This document shows, one piece after another, positions 22,437 through 40,920 of a stretch of 64,000 nucleotides of DNA. The translations under genes and the position numbers were made by a program. Position 1 is the stretch's first letter, and every line of letters starts with the position of its first letter. The notes under the pieces were generated by a model. That model worked only from the letters and a program-made list of their open reading frames with translations. It did no database searches and had not been told where the DNA came from. Origin of the DNA: Amoebidium appalachense (taxonomy: Eukaryota; Protista; Ichthyosporea); the NCBI GenBank assembly GCA_963693365.1, contig CAVNZM010000014.1:2294001-2358000 (forward strand), given 5' to 3'.

Positions 22437-22877
22437 TATAACTGCAAATGCTAGTACGTACTGTATACAGTCAGACTCTATCTCCCCTCCCACCCTTCTC
22501 CCCACATTCCTCTGCTCTCTTTTCCGACTGCCACATTCCCCGTTTTTCCCTTCCCAGGCTCCTCCTCACCGGGCTCGGAGTCCTCTATTGTTTGTTGGCA
22601 CGCTTTAGCTGTCTAGATTTGTTGGCACGACCGTCGACGTCGATATTAGCTTCAAGTTCACTTGTGTGTGTGTGGATTCAGACAAAGTGATGAGGCCCTG
22701 GGTATGAGGGGTGCAATTGTGTGGGCCTTTTTTCATATGAAAAAAATTCTACACAAGGCACTGCCTTTGAAACAGCAAATCCATGGCATTGACTTACATA
22801 TGAAGAATATTCTATTATAACGGCCGGGACATGCGTGTGCAGTTGTGTGCAGCGCCGTATCACGACTCACTGCCCTC

Positions 22878-22916
<39 letters not shown>

Positions 22917-23409
22917 CTCCCCCCCCCCCCCCCCCCCCCCCCCCCTTCCCCTCCCCTCCCCGCCCCCTCCCCCTCCCCTCCTTCTCTCCCGGGCCCCCGT
23001 ACGCGTCCCACGAAATTCGCACCGAAAACAGGAAGAGGCCCGGATATACCTTCACACAACTATACATACACTGTCTCACACACACGCACACACGTGCACG
23101 CGCGTGTGTGTAAACACATAGGTTTGTAAAATGTGTGCAGTAAGAACAGGGTGTGTCTCAGTGAGTGCAGTGTGCTGCCAGCACTGAATATGGTTTAAAA
23201 AAACTCGACACATCCACCAAACCAATTCACACAACGAATGAACATGCATATGCCCGTACACCTTCTCTATGTTTTTTCAACCACATTCCGAGTCAGCGCA
23301 TGGTGGTGACACTGCACCCACACACCCCCTGCAGTTCAAACACCAAGCCTCCCTCCTTCCCTGCCCACCTGAACCAGGCTTAGGCTGACCTTCCCCCCCT
23401 TCCGCCCCT

Positions 23410-23449
<40 letters not shown>

Positions 23450-24144
23450 CTCCGCTCCCCCGGGGGCCCGCATACGTGCGGAAAAAATCCCTTCTGGGCG
23501 AATTCCGTAGACATTATGTACCACAATTTGTCACCCACCACGTGTACGACACAATATCATACCCAGCCTTCTCTAAAATATATAATCACACGTTCTGAGA
23601 CCAATATAAGTATCACCCCGTGCTTTGCAAATTTGGTTCGTGGCCACTGATTCCCGAGGTTTGGTGCGCAGAAACAATCTTGTATGCGTGCATGAAAATT
23701 CTACCACAAATTATGACTTTAAAAGCATTTTAGTCGTTAATCGCCAACAACTGTCCAAATAACCTGTTTTGCATAATTCTTCATCTCTTGCGTGGACTGA
23801 TTCACAGTGTAGTCAAACGTGAAGTCTCTCACTCTTTCCGGTTCTTGAGCTCCCTTTCACTTCCTGCACTTTCCGAACAACAGTGGTAGATTTCCGGTTT
23901 GTGTATAAGCGCTTTAGTCGCTATACCCCCGTGTATGGCAGAGTTCCCTTCCACATGAAACAACATGGAGGAAAGCATCACTAACGGTGATGACTTGGTT
24001 TCGGCCCCTCACACCAGCATCCAAGGTATGTGTTAGGGCCTGAAGTGGCAGGGCAGTTGCTTGTAGGCAGTGTGAGGAACAGGGCTGATGGCTTCCGGTG
24101 GCTTCACTAAACGTTCTTACGTTCTTGCCATTTGAATAAGTTGT

Positions 24145-24287
24145 GTTGCTCGGTATTGCTGTTGCTTGGTGTTGTTGTTGCTTGGCATTGCTGTTGCTTG
24201 GCATGGCCGTTGCTTGGTATTAATGATCTGTTGCTTGGTATTGCTGTTGCTTGGCATTGATGTTGCTCGGTATTGCTGTTTCTTGGA
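24145..24287. repeat. Degenerate 15-bp minisatellite (tgttgcttggyattgc-like)
   Basis: About 9 imperfect tandem units. Confidence 0.8.
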
Positions 24288-24589
24288 CATGCTGCCTCTG
24301 ACGGCATTCTGTTTGCACCTGTGCTTTCATCCGTTCTTCGTTAACCAATCGCATGTTTGTTCACACGAGTTTCAGAAAGTCTCTCTCTCTCTCCCAAGTT
24401 CTCCGTCCGTTCCCCCCCGTCCCCCCCTCCCCCCACTCCACACACACACACACACACACACGCATAGCTTTCTTTCTTTCTTCCTCCCTCCAATGATTCC
24501 TCCCCATATATGTGGGCAGCCCCTCCTCCCTGCTTCTCCATTCATCTCTACAGTTTTCTTTCTACGTGACTGACTGTTTGCACCCGCAG

Positions 24590-26159
24590 ATGCCCCCCTC
24601 CTTCGCCTTCCCAACAAGCTTCTCTTCCAGATTATTCGTCATCTGCCCCTTGCCACCCGTCTGTCGTTTTCCCTCGTGTGCCGCCGATGCTGTGCCCTGG
24701 CACGGTCCCCCTCAATTCGGTCGAGGGTAGACTAAAATCCGTTGTTCTTGCCAGGCAAAATTACACGTCGAGTATGCCGTCGGTCATCGTACGGATGTTG
24801 CGGAGCAGATGTCCCTTTCTGGAAAGTCTGTGTCTGGTGAGTCCATGTCGAACCTTCGTTGGTGGTGAGATACAATCAACCGTGTCTTCGAGCAAACAGC
24901 AAGTAAAGAGACTCAAGTTCGAAATACACGAAGACGACATGCCCGCCTTGCCGAAGTTACCCCTAATGTTTCCGCACGTCGAAGACATTGCCATCACCAT
25001 TTATGATCCGCTGCCAAATAAGAAGCTCGACTTTGGCGCACTGGGCAGTTGCGAGAACCTGAAGTGTTTGTCGATTACCGCAACACTTTTCAAGCGTAAT
25101 CGGGTGGAAGTGCCGTACCTTCCTAATTTGGAGGTGCTTTGAAATGAAGGAAGGGGAATTGCGCATGTGGATGTGTCAGTGGTCGGGCCTAATCGAAACT
25201 GCGCGTATTACCCTTGTGGGTAGCTACATCCACATAACGTTCCCTGGGTTTGAACCAGACCAGCTGGTGTCGTATTCTAGCGACTATGTACCACGCGATG
25301 ACCAGTACAAGGTGCTTCACCAAACCCCACCTGCATTCTTGGATAAATCCGCAAATACGATGAGACACCTCACCATTTACTGTTTCACATTTTCCACGGC
25401 GTGGCTAGCCCAGTTTGCCGCCCTCACATCGCTCAACATTACGAACTGCATTGTTTCGGTCGGTGAGGGGACACCAGAGATTGAAATCGTTTTGGATTGG
25501 ATGCCGTTGCTTCGGGAGCTAACTATTGCCTACGGTCAAGATGTCACGCACATTTCAGCAATGTCGGCACATAGGCACATTAGGACGGTGACAGTCGCAG
25601 GGTGCAAATCTTTGCGCAATGTCGGAGGATTATCGAAATGCACCAAGTTGCAAAAGGTTACAACATTACGCTGTCCGAAACTCGAGCCCCTCACCTTCGA
25701 TCTGCCGCAATCCATTGTCAATTTGTCTCTTGAAGCTTTTGGATCCGGGGACACGCTGTTTGAAATCAACCACCCCAACCTGAGGTCGTTAACGATTGGC
25801 TACTGAGACGACCTCGCCACATTTGGCAATGTGCCCATGCATGCACCAATGCTAGCGACTGTAAAGATAAGCACATGCACAAGCTGGCCGACATAAGTGC
25901 ACTAGCAGGCGCCACGGCCCTTGCAATACTCGAATTGAACGACTTGGGTTCATTACGCAGCCTCGACTCTCTAAGGGGCCATCCGAACCTATCCCTTCTA
26001 GTGCTGGATCGTTTTCCAGATATGGACCTTACCCCCCTTGCGACATGTCCTAAAATCTCGTTCGAGTCTTTACGACGCCGTTCTTATTTCACGTCAGATG
26101 AGCAATGGAAGCGGATGGAAGAGCTGGGAGATGCCATACAGAGACGGGTCCTTGGCTAG
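24590..26159 (+). pseudogene. F-box + cysteine-containing LRR pseudogene
   Basis: F-box after the cag acceptor: PLLRLPNKLLFQIIRHLPLATRLSFSLVCRRCCALARSPSIRSRVD. LRRs follow (LTSLNITNC, IRTVTVAGCKSLRNVGGLSKCTKLQKV, LSLLVLDRFP..DLTPLATCPKI). The frame is broken by frameshifts at about 24732, 25140 and 25877 and by a TGA at 25804. Confidence 0.85.
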
Positions 26160-27616
26160 GCCAGGCAGTATGTACTCCTCCCCCTCCCCCCCCCCCCCCC
26201 CCCCCCTCCCTCCCTCCCTCCCTCCACCTCGGCAAAGGACCGCACGTGCATGCGCACTCGCGTGTGCGCTTGGCACACAAATGTACACACACACACTTTC
26301 TCTCATCCCCCTTCTCTGGAGTCCACCACCGTCTCTTTCTCCCTCCCCCCTCTCTCTTCTCTCTCTCTTTTTCCTCCCCTCCCCCCCCCAACTTCTCACC
26401 TCCCCTTCTCCCCTCCAGACCACCTTCCCTCTCCCGCCTCTGGCTTGCTGGTGCGCTCTTTCTCTCTCCCCCTCTCCCCGCTCCCCCCCCCCCCCCCCCT
26501 TCACTCAGTCATTACGCTATTGGATACAGAAATCCCCCCTCTCCTCCTACATCCAACATTACTTTTTCTCTTACCCCTCCCCTCCCCCCTCCCCCTCCCT
26601 GGTCCTCCTTACCCTCCTCTTATTGAAAATCCGCAGTAGGCACACCCATCAGGAGGTATGCGCGCACACAGGCATATGTATTAACAACACACCTGGGCCC
26701 ACACACATGCACACACAGCTCACATGCCCTCCCCGGCCCACACACTGTGACATTTGGAGTCTTCATCACGCACTCCAACCAAACCCACAGACAAAGCCCC
26801 CACCCCCAGGTGTGTGTGGGCTATTGATGCTGTGGTGGCCGAATTTGGGCTTCAACACGGTGACGGATTGGGGTGGGTGGAGCGCCTGGGAGGTTGGGGT
26901 TTGGAATTCATTGGGTGAAGTGATTTGCCTGGGAAAATACAGTATGCTCTTATCCAAAAATTATGTGCTTAATCTTGTGTTATTTGTTTATGGACCTTCT
27001 TTTTTGGGATTTGCATATCATGATCATTTGAAGTCACTGAGCATTTTGCTTATAATGCATTTGTGAATCTATATCAAGGACAGCTAAGAGTTGTTGTAAT
27101 GTAAACTCAACTACTAAAACCAAAGAACACATTGCCGGTTTGTGTGTTTCAAAATGGGGGGGGGGGGGTCTTTTTTTGCAATTTGTGCTTTTTGGTGAGT
27201 GCATGTCAATCACGCAGGGAGAGGGGGGGGGGGGGAGGTGAGTGCATGTCAATCACGCAGGGAGAGGGGGGGGGGGGAGGAGGAGGAGGTTTGGGGAGGG
27301 GGGGGAGGGGAGGGGGGGGGGGGAACGACATGCTTTTGCCTCGGATAGATATGGCGCATAGGGGGGGGGGGCCGGGGGGGGGGGGGGGGGGGGGTAATCA
27401 CTGCTGAGATGGAACAGTTTATGTAAACGTGAAAACACACTAGACATTAGTCGCTATGTAATCCACTAAGATACGTCGTGATTTGCTGAAAGTTGTTCAA
27501 GTAAAAAAGAGTCAAACTTTGCTCGTTTTCCTTTTTAGGTCTGCACTCTCAGGTAGTCCCACTCTGTCTATTGCGTATGAGTTGTGTTTTTTGTGCATGT
27601 GTGCTTGTGTTCTAGT

Positions 27617-27795
27617 GTGCACTACAATGGTCTGCTAACCGTACTATATATGTGCACTACAATGGTCTGCTAACCGTACTATATATGTGCACTACAATGG
27701 TCTGCTAACCGTACTATATCATGATGTGCACTACAATGGTCTGCTAACCGTACTATATATGTGCACTACAATGGTCTGCTAACCGTACTATATAT
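27617..27795. repeat. 35-bp tandem repeat, 5 copies (gtgcactacaatggtctgctaaccgtactatatat)
   Basis: Near-perfect head-to-tail units with no spacers; one unit carries a 4-nt insertion. Confidence 0.95.
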
Positions 27796-28046
27796 GTGTA
27801 CTCACATCAATAACATCTTGGAGGATATGTTGTGGTTGGCAGAACATCATGGGTTGCTAGATCTTTGCGGGTGAAAGATAAGTACCAAACTGTCTCTGAG
27901 CTTTGAAATTGGTCGTAAATCGACCAGTGCTGACCAGGATGTGAGATCCGCACTGCCTTTGCACTGTGCAAAGACAAATACGTTTGAGTTTTTTGTGTGA
28001 TGCAAAACGTGCAAATCAAGCATATACGGGGTGTGTCTTCTCCATT

Positions 28047-28493
28047 CTACTCCTTATTGATGATTGACTCGAAGTTGGTTTGCGACATACGTGCTAGTTC
28101 GTGCCCTGTGTACTGATGGGGGGGGGTGGGTGGGTGGGTGTGTGTGCACACATGTGCATGTTTGTGTGTGGGTGTGGGTAGTGGGTGTGTGGGTTGGTGG
28201 GAGGGTGGGTGTTGTGTGCATGCGTGTGTATGTTTCTATGTGTATGGCCGCGTGTGTGGGCGTGTGGGCGTGTGGGCCCTCGCGCGTGTGTGTATGCATG
28301 TGTGTGTAGGTGCATCTTTGTGTGTTTGTGGGTGTGGGTGTCTGTGCGTGTGTGTTTGAAGTTGGAGCTCTGGGCGAGAAAAGGAGGAGAAGTGGGGGGG
28401 GGGGACAGTGGCAGTGCCAGGTTTGGGGGGACGGGGGGAGGGGCGGGATGGGGGGAGACAGTGGTAGTGGGTTTTTTTCAAGTTTTTTTTTTT

Positions 28494-28538
<45 letters not shown>

Positions 28539-28609
28539 GGGGGGAGGGACGAAGGAGGGAGTGGGGGCGGGGGGGGGGGGGAGGGGTAGGTGGTGGTGGT
28601 GGTTAGCGG

Positions 28610-28650
<41 letters not shown>

Positions 28651-28923
28651 GGGGCGGGGTAGGTGTGGAGTTCCCAAATTTAGGGTGAGGGAGACGGGGA
28701 AGCCGGGTGCCGGTTGGGGGGGGGGGGGGAGGGGATCCAGGTAGGCTCATTCGCCTTTTGTTCCGAGGTTACGAGAAGATAATTGAGAAACTGGTCCAAC
28801 GAAAAGGCACACATGTACAAAGAGGGGAGGATGAGGAGACATTTTTAGACATTTGTGTGCGTGCGTGCGCGCGTGCGTGCGTACGTGTGTGTCTGCGTGT
28901 GTGCATTTGTGTGTGTGTGTGCA

Positions 28924-28957
<34 letters not shown>

Positions 28958-30105
28958 TGTGCGCGTGCGTCTTTGTATCAGGCCCTGATGTGTGCTCGAT
29001 TGTTTTGGTGTGTGTGTGAGTTTGTCTGTGTCTGTATTTAAAATGGAGGGGAAGTGGGGGATTGGGGGAAGAGGGAGAGGGGGGGGGGGGGACGAGTTAA
29101 TAAATAGTTGAGTGGGAAAGTTCTGATTGAGGACCCCCCCCCCCAACCCCTACCCGGTGCACAAAACATGTGTGCCCCTTCCCCCCCTCCCCCCCCCCCC
29201 CCCCCCCCCCCCCCCCGCCCCTGCCCCTCCATCCCCAGCTTTTCCAACGATTGTCTGTCCCAACCCCCCCCCCCCCACCTTTTCGGCCCCAAAACGACTT
29301 TACTATTATCCTTTCTAGCCCACTAGTATGGAACCAAGTGTATAATTTCGCGCATGGGTGCCCATCTGTGTGTATGTGTGGTCCGCCCGTGTGTGTGTGC
29401 GGATGTGCCTTTTGTTTAGAGGGTATGTATACGTGTGTGAGCATGTGTTTTTCGGTGTGTCTTGTGGATATCGATATCACGTGCAGTTATACAACTTATG
29501 ATATGATCTAAGATTGTGTGTGCAAATCCTTACAATCGGGGGTGTGAACAGAACTCAATGGAGCGCAGGGCTTGTGCACTTTAAAACTTTAAAGAAACTG
29601 AAATACATGATTGGATGACGGTGTCATTGATATCAAAGAGCTGGCTGTGTGCCGTGGGGGGGTATGCCAGCCACATCTTAAGCAGGGAACGGATCTGCAT
29701 CATATCCACAACCCGTCAGAAGATGTCTTCCCCACCATCACCAGCTTTCCTTTCCCCTCTACCCCTCTCCTTTTCTCGTAGCACACATGTACTTGAAGCA
29801 CACACACACCTACATGTGTGCAGCAAACACACGTACATGTGCAGTACGGAAGTGCGCATGTGTATATGTGTAGCACACACGTACTACATATATGTAGAAC
29901 ACGCATGCATGACCCACTGGCTAAACAAGCAAGAGAAGTGAGTGGAAAACTTTAAACATCTTTTTTTATTTCAACACATTGTAAATCACAGAGCGTAACT
30001 CAGTAGGGAAATCGTGGTATTCTTACTTTTAGGAACTGAGAGCTCTGATATGAGATCCCGATACTGCTGAAAATAACTGCCTGGCCTCATCCGTCCTCTG
30101 TGTGT

Positions 30106-30173
<68 letters not shown>

Positions 30174-30259
30174 TTATCTGTGTGTACCAATGCGTTGATG
30201 CCTCGTGTGAAGGTGCCTGAGATGTATTTCGGCTCGTCACAAATTCTTCGACATTTGAA
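28047..30259 (-). pseudogene. Multi-exon gene of unknown family with two in-frame stops; the 5' part is unresolved and may extend toward 35 kb
   Basis: Phase-consistent minus-strand exons 30259-30188, 30097-30027, 29758-29607, 28790-28755 (GC donor) and 28105-28047. They give FKCRRICDEPKYISGTFTRGINALRTDEARQLFSAVSGSHIRALSS*KGERKAGDGGEDIF*RVVDMMQIRSLLKMWLAYPPTAHSQLFDINDTVIQSFSQLSSRNLGTKGHELARMSQTNFESIINKE*. Confidence 0.6.
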
Positions 30260-30550
30260 CTTTTACCATTGGAAAGGGAGAAGGGGTAAATGGTTTGGGT
30301 GGTCGAAGGCATTGAGGAGTGTTTTTTTCTTTGGGGGGGGGGGGGGGAAGGGGGGGGGGGGGGGGGGAGGGGAAGGGGAGGGGGGGGGGGGGGGGGGGGG
30401 AGGGGGGGAATACTGTTTGGAAGTGACGGCAGCGACAGCAGAGGAGGAGGCAGAAAGGAGGTGGTGAAGGGGGGGGGGGGGGGGAGGGGGAGGGAAGCCT
30501 CGCGGAGAAGGAGGAATGCAACAAATGACTGCAGAGAATGACATGGCGGT

Positions 30551-30631
<81 letters not shown>

Positions 30632-30671
30632 GTGTGTGCGTGAGTGCTTGTGTGCATATGTGCGTGTGCAA

Positions 30672-30755
<84 letters not shown>

Positions 30756-31406
30756 CAGTGTGTGTGTGTGTGTGCGTATGCGTGTGCGTGCGTGTGCGTG
30801 TGCGTGCGCGTGTGCGTGCATGTGCGTGTGCGTGTGCGTGTGTGTGTGTGTCCCGTCTTTGGATTCTCTCGGACGGGCATTCATCATGTGTTATGGTAAT
30901 AGGGATGCACTACTGTTGGAGAGGAGACCACAGGTTGGTTGGGAAAAAAAAACACTGCAAGAATGAGCAACACGCACACACGTCCAACCACCGTGGGCGA
31001 CCCAACCCACCCCCAGCCACTAACCAATCCCTAACCACCGAGCCCGGCTTCTCCGCTGTCATGTGGCTGTACCATGACACGGATGATAATCTGAAAATCG
31101 TGACTCCACAAGCGTGCATGTTGTTTAAGTGTCCAGTGTGTTCTAATGGAAGTTACCTACTATGTACGTGTATTTGGAAGCTTTTCACAGCTCCGGAGAA
31201 TTACAAGGAAGATTAGGAGGCCTTGAATAACTATCCCTGGTAGCACCATGGTTTTTTATCTGGTGGTCTTCCATGTGGTGCACATGCGACCTTACAAAGT
31301 TTATGAAATTCGTACGGCATGTGAATATATGCATGCATGGATTAGGCCTTGTGTGCTCGTGCGTTCATGTGTATGCTGCAAGACTAAGTGCCGCCCGCAT
31401 GTGTGT

Positions 31407-31454
<48 letters not shown>

Positions 31455-31915
31455 AGGGGGAATCCAAAAAAAAAAAAAGGGGGGGGGGGGGGGGGGGAGG
31501 GGGGAACGTTGATGGTACCCGTGTGTGAGTGTTCTTGTGTTGTTTAACTTATTGACGAAGGTCAGGCTTATCGGCCTGTGTATCAACAGTAACAATTGCG
31601 GAAGAGTGAACACCATGACTCGGATTTTCAAAGTTTTGTTACTGACAGGCACAGGTTGGTCTGACACTCGCATAAAGTTAACGTTGGCGTAACCATTTAC
31701 GTTTTCACGTCCTAGCGGTTTCACGGTCAACCTACTTCAAGTTGGTCCCCTTCACCCTCCCCCCCCCCTCCCCCCTTAAAAAAGCAAAAGGTCCAGTCTG
31801 AGGGTTCTGGCTGTTTCAGTTTTCAAAGGCCGTCCGTCAGCACCTGAGAAAATAAGGGAATATTCTCCCCCCCCCCCCCCCCCCCCTCCCCCCCCCCCCT
31901 CCCCCCCCCCTCCCC

Positions 31916-31964
<49 letters not shown>

Positions 31965-32361
31965 GGGCCTCCCCTCCCTACCTCTTCATCCATACATGTA
32001 CGTATCCTCGTGAAAAATGTTCACAATCGAGGCTGCGGCCTCTATCTTGTATCCACATGTGTACACGTCAGGCTGCATTCAGATACACAAATACATAGAG
32101 GCCACCAGCCTGCCAGGCTCTCGACACAGCTGCACCAACTTTATACGGTTTTGCACACAGCTCAATAGTAAAGGGCGACGTCATAGTAGAGCTTTATTGG
32201 TCGACATCCGACATGGGCAATGCTACAGTAATTGTAGTAGCCATCTAAGACATGTCATTATGCTGCGTGAAAATTGGGTTGCCAAAATGCATTGAGAATC
32301 CTCGATGTGTTAATTGGTGGCCTTATTTTTATTTTTATTTTTTTTAAGTTAATTCTTTTTT

Positions 32362-32392
<31 letters not shown>

Positions 32393-32462
32393 GTCTTTAT
32401 ACTCACCGTACGAGAAAGTGTGTGTATGTGTGTGTGTGTATGTTGGGGGGGGAAGGGGGAGG

Positions 32463-32535
<73 letters not shown>

Positions 32536-32793
32536 GGGGCACGGACAAAATATTGAGCGCACACACGGGGAAATCTCCAAATGGCACACAAAAACATTGT
32601 CAAACACACAGACACCAGGCACGACATCAATACAGACACAAATTGGCACACACACCACTCACACACACACAGACACTCAACCACGTGCAAGCGCGCACGC
32701 CTGCGCGTGCACACACCCACACACCCACACACCCACACACACCCACACACACAGACACACACACACACACACACCCACCCACCCACCCAAACA

Positions 32794-32828
<35 letters not shown>

Positions 32829-33863
32829 ACCCACCCCCCCACACACACAAAAGCAAGCGGTGAGTACTGAGTTGCCCAAATCCGATCTGAAGCAAAGTTA
32901 GTGGGTCGTACAAAAGGAAGCGCAGGAGAGGGCAAAGCTCTCCTGCGCGGGAGGGAGCCGCGAGAGGGAGGAGGGGGCCGTCATGTGGCTGACTTAATAT
33001 CTGAACCATCGGACAGGTCACGGTGGGTCCGAGTCCCCCCCTCCCCCCCCCCCAACTCCCCCCCATGGGAGAAGGGAGACCTGGGGGGGTGGGGGTGGGG
33101 GTGGGGGCGGGGGGCGGAAGAGGGTGGGGGGGGGGGGGGGGGGGGGGGGGCACTCATTCTAGCCCTACAGTTATAAGAGATTGGGGGGGAAAGCGGGGAA
33201 AACACCATCCTTCGAGCAGGTGGGTTCGCCCCCCTCCTCCCCTTCCAACCCATCCACCGAGTCCTTTTAGGGGGAGGGCCGCGGGGGAGAGGGGGTGGGG
33301 TTGGGGGGTTTGGGGAGGGGGGGGGGGGGGGGGGGAGGGGCGGAGGGGGGAGGTTCCGATGGGGGGGGGTTATCAGGGGGATTTCGGCATAAGATGAAGT
33401 CAACACCCCCTTACGTCCCCCCCTTAACCCCCCCATCGCCCCTCACCCCCTTCCCTCCATTCCCCTTCAGACCCACCCCCTCCCTCCATGCCCGTTCAGA
33501 AATGAAAAGCCCCAAATAGTATTACAGGTGATATCGATAGGCACACTAACTCTAAGCTAGGGGCAACATAATTATGCACGTGTTCTAACAGTAACATCCT
33601 GCCTCCCTTGCAGCAGCTAGTGTGCACAGACTTGACGTATTATCAGGAACATATTGATCAATACGACTGCGCCGTCACAAAAACTCAACAGTCACAGTTC
33701 ACACACCGTGGTAGCCACCCATCCCAAGCTGGTTTCGGCTGATTGATCTCGCCGGGACACATCTGTGGAGAGGGCATCGGCCTATGTTCAATTCAGTTTA
33801 TTTTCTTGGTGATTGTTCAATGCACACATCATAGTCTAATGCATGTACAGAAGAAAACAGGCA

Positions 33864-33894
<31 letters not shown>

Positions 33895-36455
33895 TGGGGG
33901 TGGCCCATGCACGCACCCACTTTCCACTCATCACACACACACAAACACACACACGTGCGCACACCGGTGCCGCCACCTCTGCCACCACCACTACCGCCAC
34001 ACAAATTAGGAAACATGCATGTACTTTCTGGGCACCTCTGTGACTCAGACTTCAGCCAATAAAGTTTTATCAAGTGTGTAGTTTACTGAGAGCTTCCGTG
34101 TGCAGTGCCCTGTTACCGTCCCATTCCAAGTGTTGTGGTGGTGTCACTGATGGTCCGTGGTGCTACGGAAGTTTGTGGTGCCAACTTGTCTAAAAGAGGT
34201 TGACCAATGTACGGTACTACCAAGAGCCGTGGCTCCCGACCTTTTGAAATACAACACACGGTGGCGTGCGCCCTTCCTGTCTGTTAGATATCGATGGCCG
34301 CTGCTGTGTTGCACAAGCTGTTTTTTCTCTTTTTTTGTGTGCGTTATGATCGAAGCTGTTTCAAGTTCCTTTCTCATTTCTTTTTGCTTGTTTCAAGTCA
34401 CTACAAAGTAGGCAGGGCCGTACGGCCATCCAGAATTCCCGGTCGATCAATCCGAAAACTCGGCATCAAATACACCGGTGTCTGGACTTACGGAATTGCC
34501 GTGTTTTGCGGGGATTCTATTGCTAGGATCCCGGGGTATGGGGAGTCGCCGTCCTGCGAAACGCTGATCGATGTACCATTATGCTTATTTTGTAAAGGAA
34601 ATCATCGTGAACAACGCACACGAATGCTAAAATGGGTTGGTACTTATAGTTCATTGACGCAAGCAACACGAAAAAAAGGCACTTTTCTTCATTTTTGTTG
34701 ACAATATTACTCTGCAACCTCCTCCCTGTATAGTACATCTGACTAGTATATAGGGTGACCTGCAGCTGATAGGCAGGGTCCAGACAGGTGCTGGCGCAAC
34801 CGGGGTGATGGTTGTTTCCTGCGGGCTGCAAGGAGCTGGTGAGCTACCTCTCTCCATGATGGTTCTGTCTTCGCGTCCTTTACCCGCCGGGGCGTGCGGA
34901 TGGTACTCTGATGGCCGCGAGGCTTCTCGTTTAGGGTTTGGCGGCCTTCTGGGTTAGCGACGGCACCGTGCTTTTTCTATATATGATGGGGGGGCACAAC
35001 TAATACAGGCTGAGTTTTCTCCAACTCTACGTTTTCTCCTTGGGGTGCACCAACGGCTTGGTTGACGTCTCCTCCGCGGCGCGCGTCTGGGGTAGTTTGT
35101 AGCCGACTGGGACGTCGAGAAGCTTCCTCAGCCGGCTACAATTACGGGCCCTTGTGGTGGCAGTTAGCTCTATCTATAGCCTTGATTTGTGTACCCGCGT
35201 GCTTGCAAGTAGTGTTGGTTCCTTTTGCATCTCCCGTTACAGCTAGGTTACCTTGTTTGGCTGCTATTCTCCTTGGATGGTTACTCCTGTCGCCGCGCCC
35301 CCTAAGCTCACACGTACTGACGGTGTGCACGCGCTGCGATGAACTTTACGTTCGCTGCAGGCGGGTGATTTTTCCTTACACTCTCGCGACCGCGTGCATG
35401 CTTTCTGTCGCGGCGCCTCGACGGTTCGATAGAGTCCAGTGTTCGCTGAATGTGTAAGGAAAAATAAGGAGCCATCTCAGTAGGTGGCAGCCCCCTAAGG
35501 TAGTTTTGCAGTTTTACATGTTCTGTATTGCTCTTTTGAAACCTCGTGCGCTGCTCCAGTGATAGAATTTTGGCCGAGGGCTCTGTCTCTAGAGTAGTTA
35601 CAGATGGCTTGCTTGCAGTTTGTAGCCTAGCTCGACATCTTCGTGGCTTTGATGGAGCAATCTAGCCATGCCCCAAGCTTCTCATTTTGTACCCCGCCAT
35701 CAATGCTATTTACATGTTAACGTACGCATTTACTCAAATTTCTGTGTTAACGTACGCGTTTCACTCAATGATTTCTGTGACTCAATTCATATTAGGTCAC
35801 CTTTATTGAGGTTTTTTTTTGTTGTGGCAGCCGAGATATCAACTTATCATTTTCACTCCTGCCTTTAGTGTTTATTTGTATTTTTATACCTTTGGGTCGA
35901 CGTCCGTATTCCAGTAAGCCTACTTCTCATTTGAATGACTCGAAAATCGTCTCTCGAGATATCTGGGACATCACTTTTTCGTGTCCTTCGAACATATGAG
36001 CACATCAATAAAGTCATTATAAAAAAAAACAAGGAATTACGAAAACACGCACCCCGCAAGCCGTTAAAAATAATTTAAGGGACCTTATCTCCTAGTGGTG
36101 CTCATCTGACCAATCAGCGGAGGTTCAATTTATTCCTAGCCAACCATAAGTTGCTTTGTAGGGTTATACTAAGGCGGCTTATCTCGATCTCTTATCTGCT
36201 ATATCGGTAATTTAGAAGCGAATTTCAAACTTCTGAAAAGCACTCAACCTTCAAAGCGATGATTTCCGTTGAAGTTTTGGTGATATTATTTGTACACCCT
36301 GGCTTAGTTGAAATTTTTTCGTTTCCGTTTTCCTATAAAAAGAAGGTTATGATGCCGATTTTTCAGGCGCGGTGAGTTTTCAAACGTTGCGACTGTTAGC
36401 GAGTACACTATTTCCTTCTCCTTTTTCTGTGTAGACTCTTTGCCTCAACGTCAAA

Positions 36456-39487
<3,032 letters not shown>

Positions 39488-40149
39488 GCCACGGCTTCAT
39501 CCTTATCATTGTGCTAAGGGAAATTGATATAGATAAGTATATTTCATAATCTGGTGAATAGGTTCCGTGGTTCGAGCTTGCGCAGTGTATGGGTTGATCC
39601 GCATGCATCCATAGTTGTCGGCTATCTATTTCTGGGCACTGCATATATCATATGTATGGTCTTAAAGCGTTAGCATGTGTAGTCTTTTTGCCATGTGGCA
39701 ATTTATATATTTTTCTATTATAATAGTAGTAGAGGCCGAATTTTTGTAGTGTGTTGCTACTTAAGTGGCCTAGTGTATCCACATCGCATTGTAGCTGGTG
39801 AATGTTAGGATTAAGTTGACCAAATCAATAAATCATACCCAAATACTAGCAATATTTGCAGCATTATGACCGTTCATAACTATCACAACCAATGTCAATG
39901 ATGCATTTATGAGCTGCATTTATGACGATGATATGATACACGGAAAACATACACAACACTGCTTCAAAAACAGCACGTGAAAGCATGGCTGGATTCGAAC
40001 AGTACCTGCTACCATAAAGCTATGTGCATATTGTGATCCAACCACACTTCTGCACGTGGCAGTTCGGTGTGCGTTTTCAAAATGCGCGCGTGTCTACATA
40101 TAGGGTGTGTGTGTACTGTGTGTGTGTGTGTGTGCATCTGCATCGCAGA

Positions 40150-40920
<771 letters not shown>

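Noticed and set aside
25804-25806. TGA at an LRR cysteine position as selenocysteine or a recoded stop
   Set aside because: The same gene has three frameshifts, and TGA is the normal stop at 21396 and 46177.
27617-27795. CRISPR-like 35-bp repeats
   Set aside because: Head-to-tail units with no unique spacers and no cas genes; this is a minisatellite.
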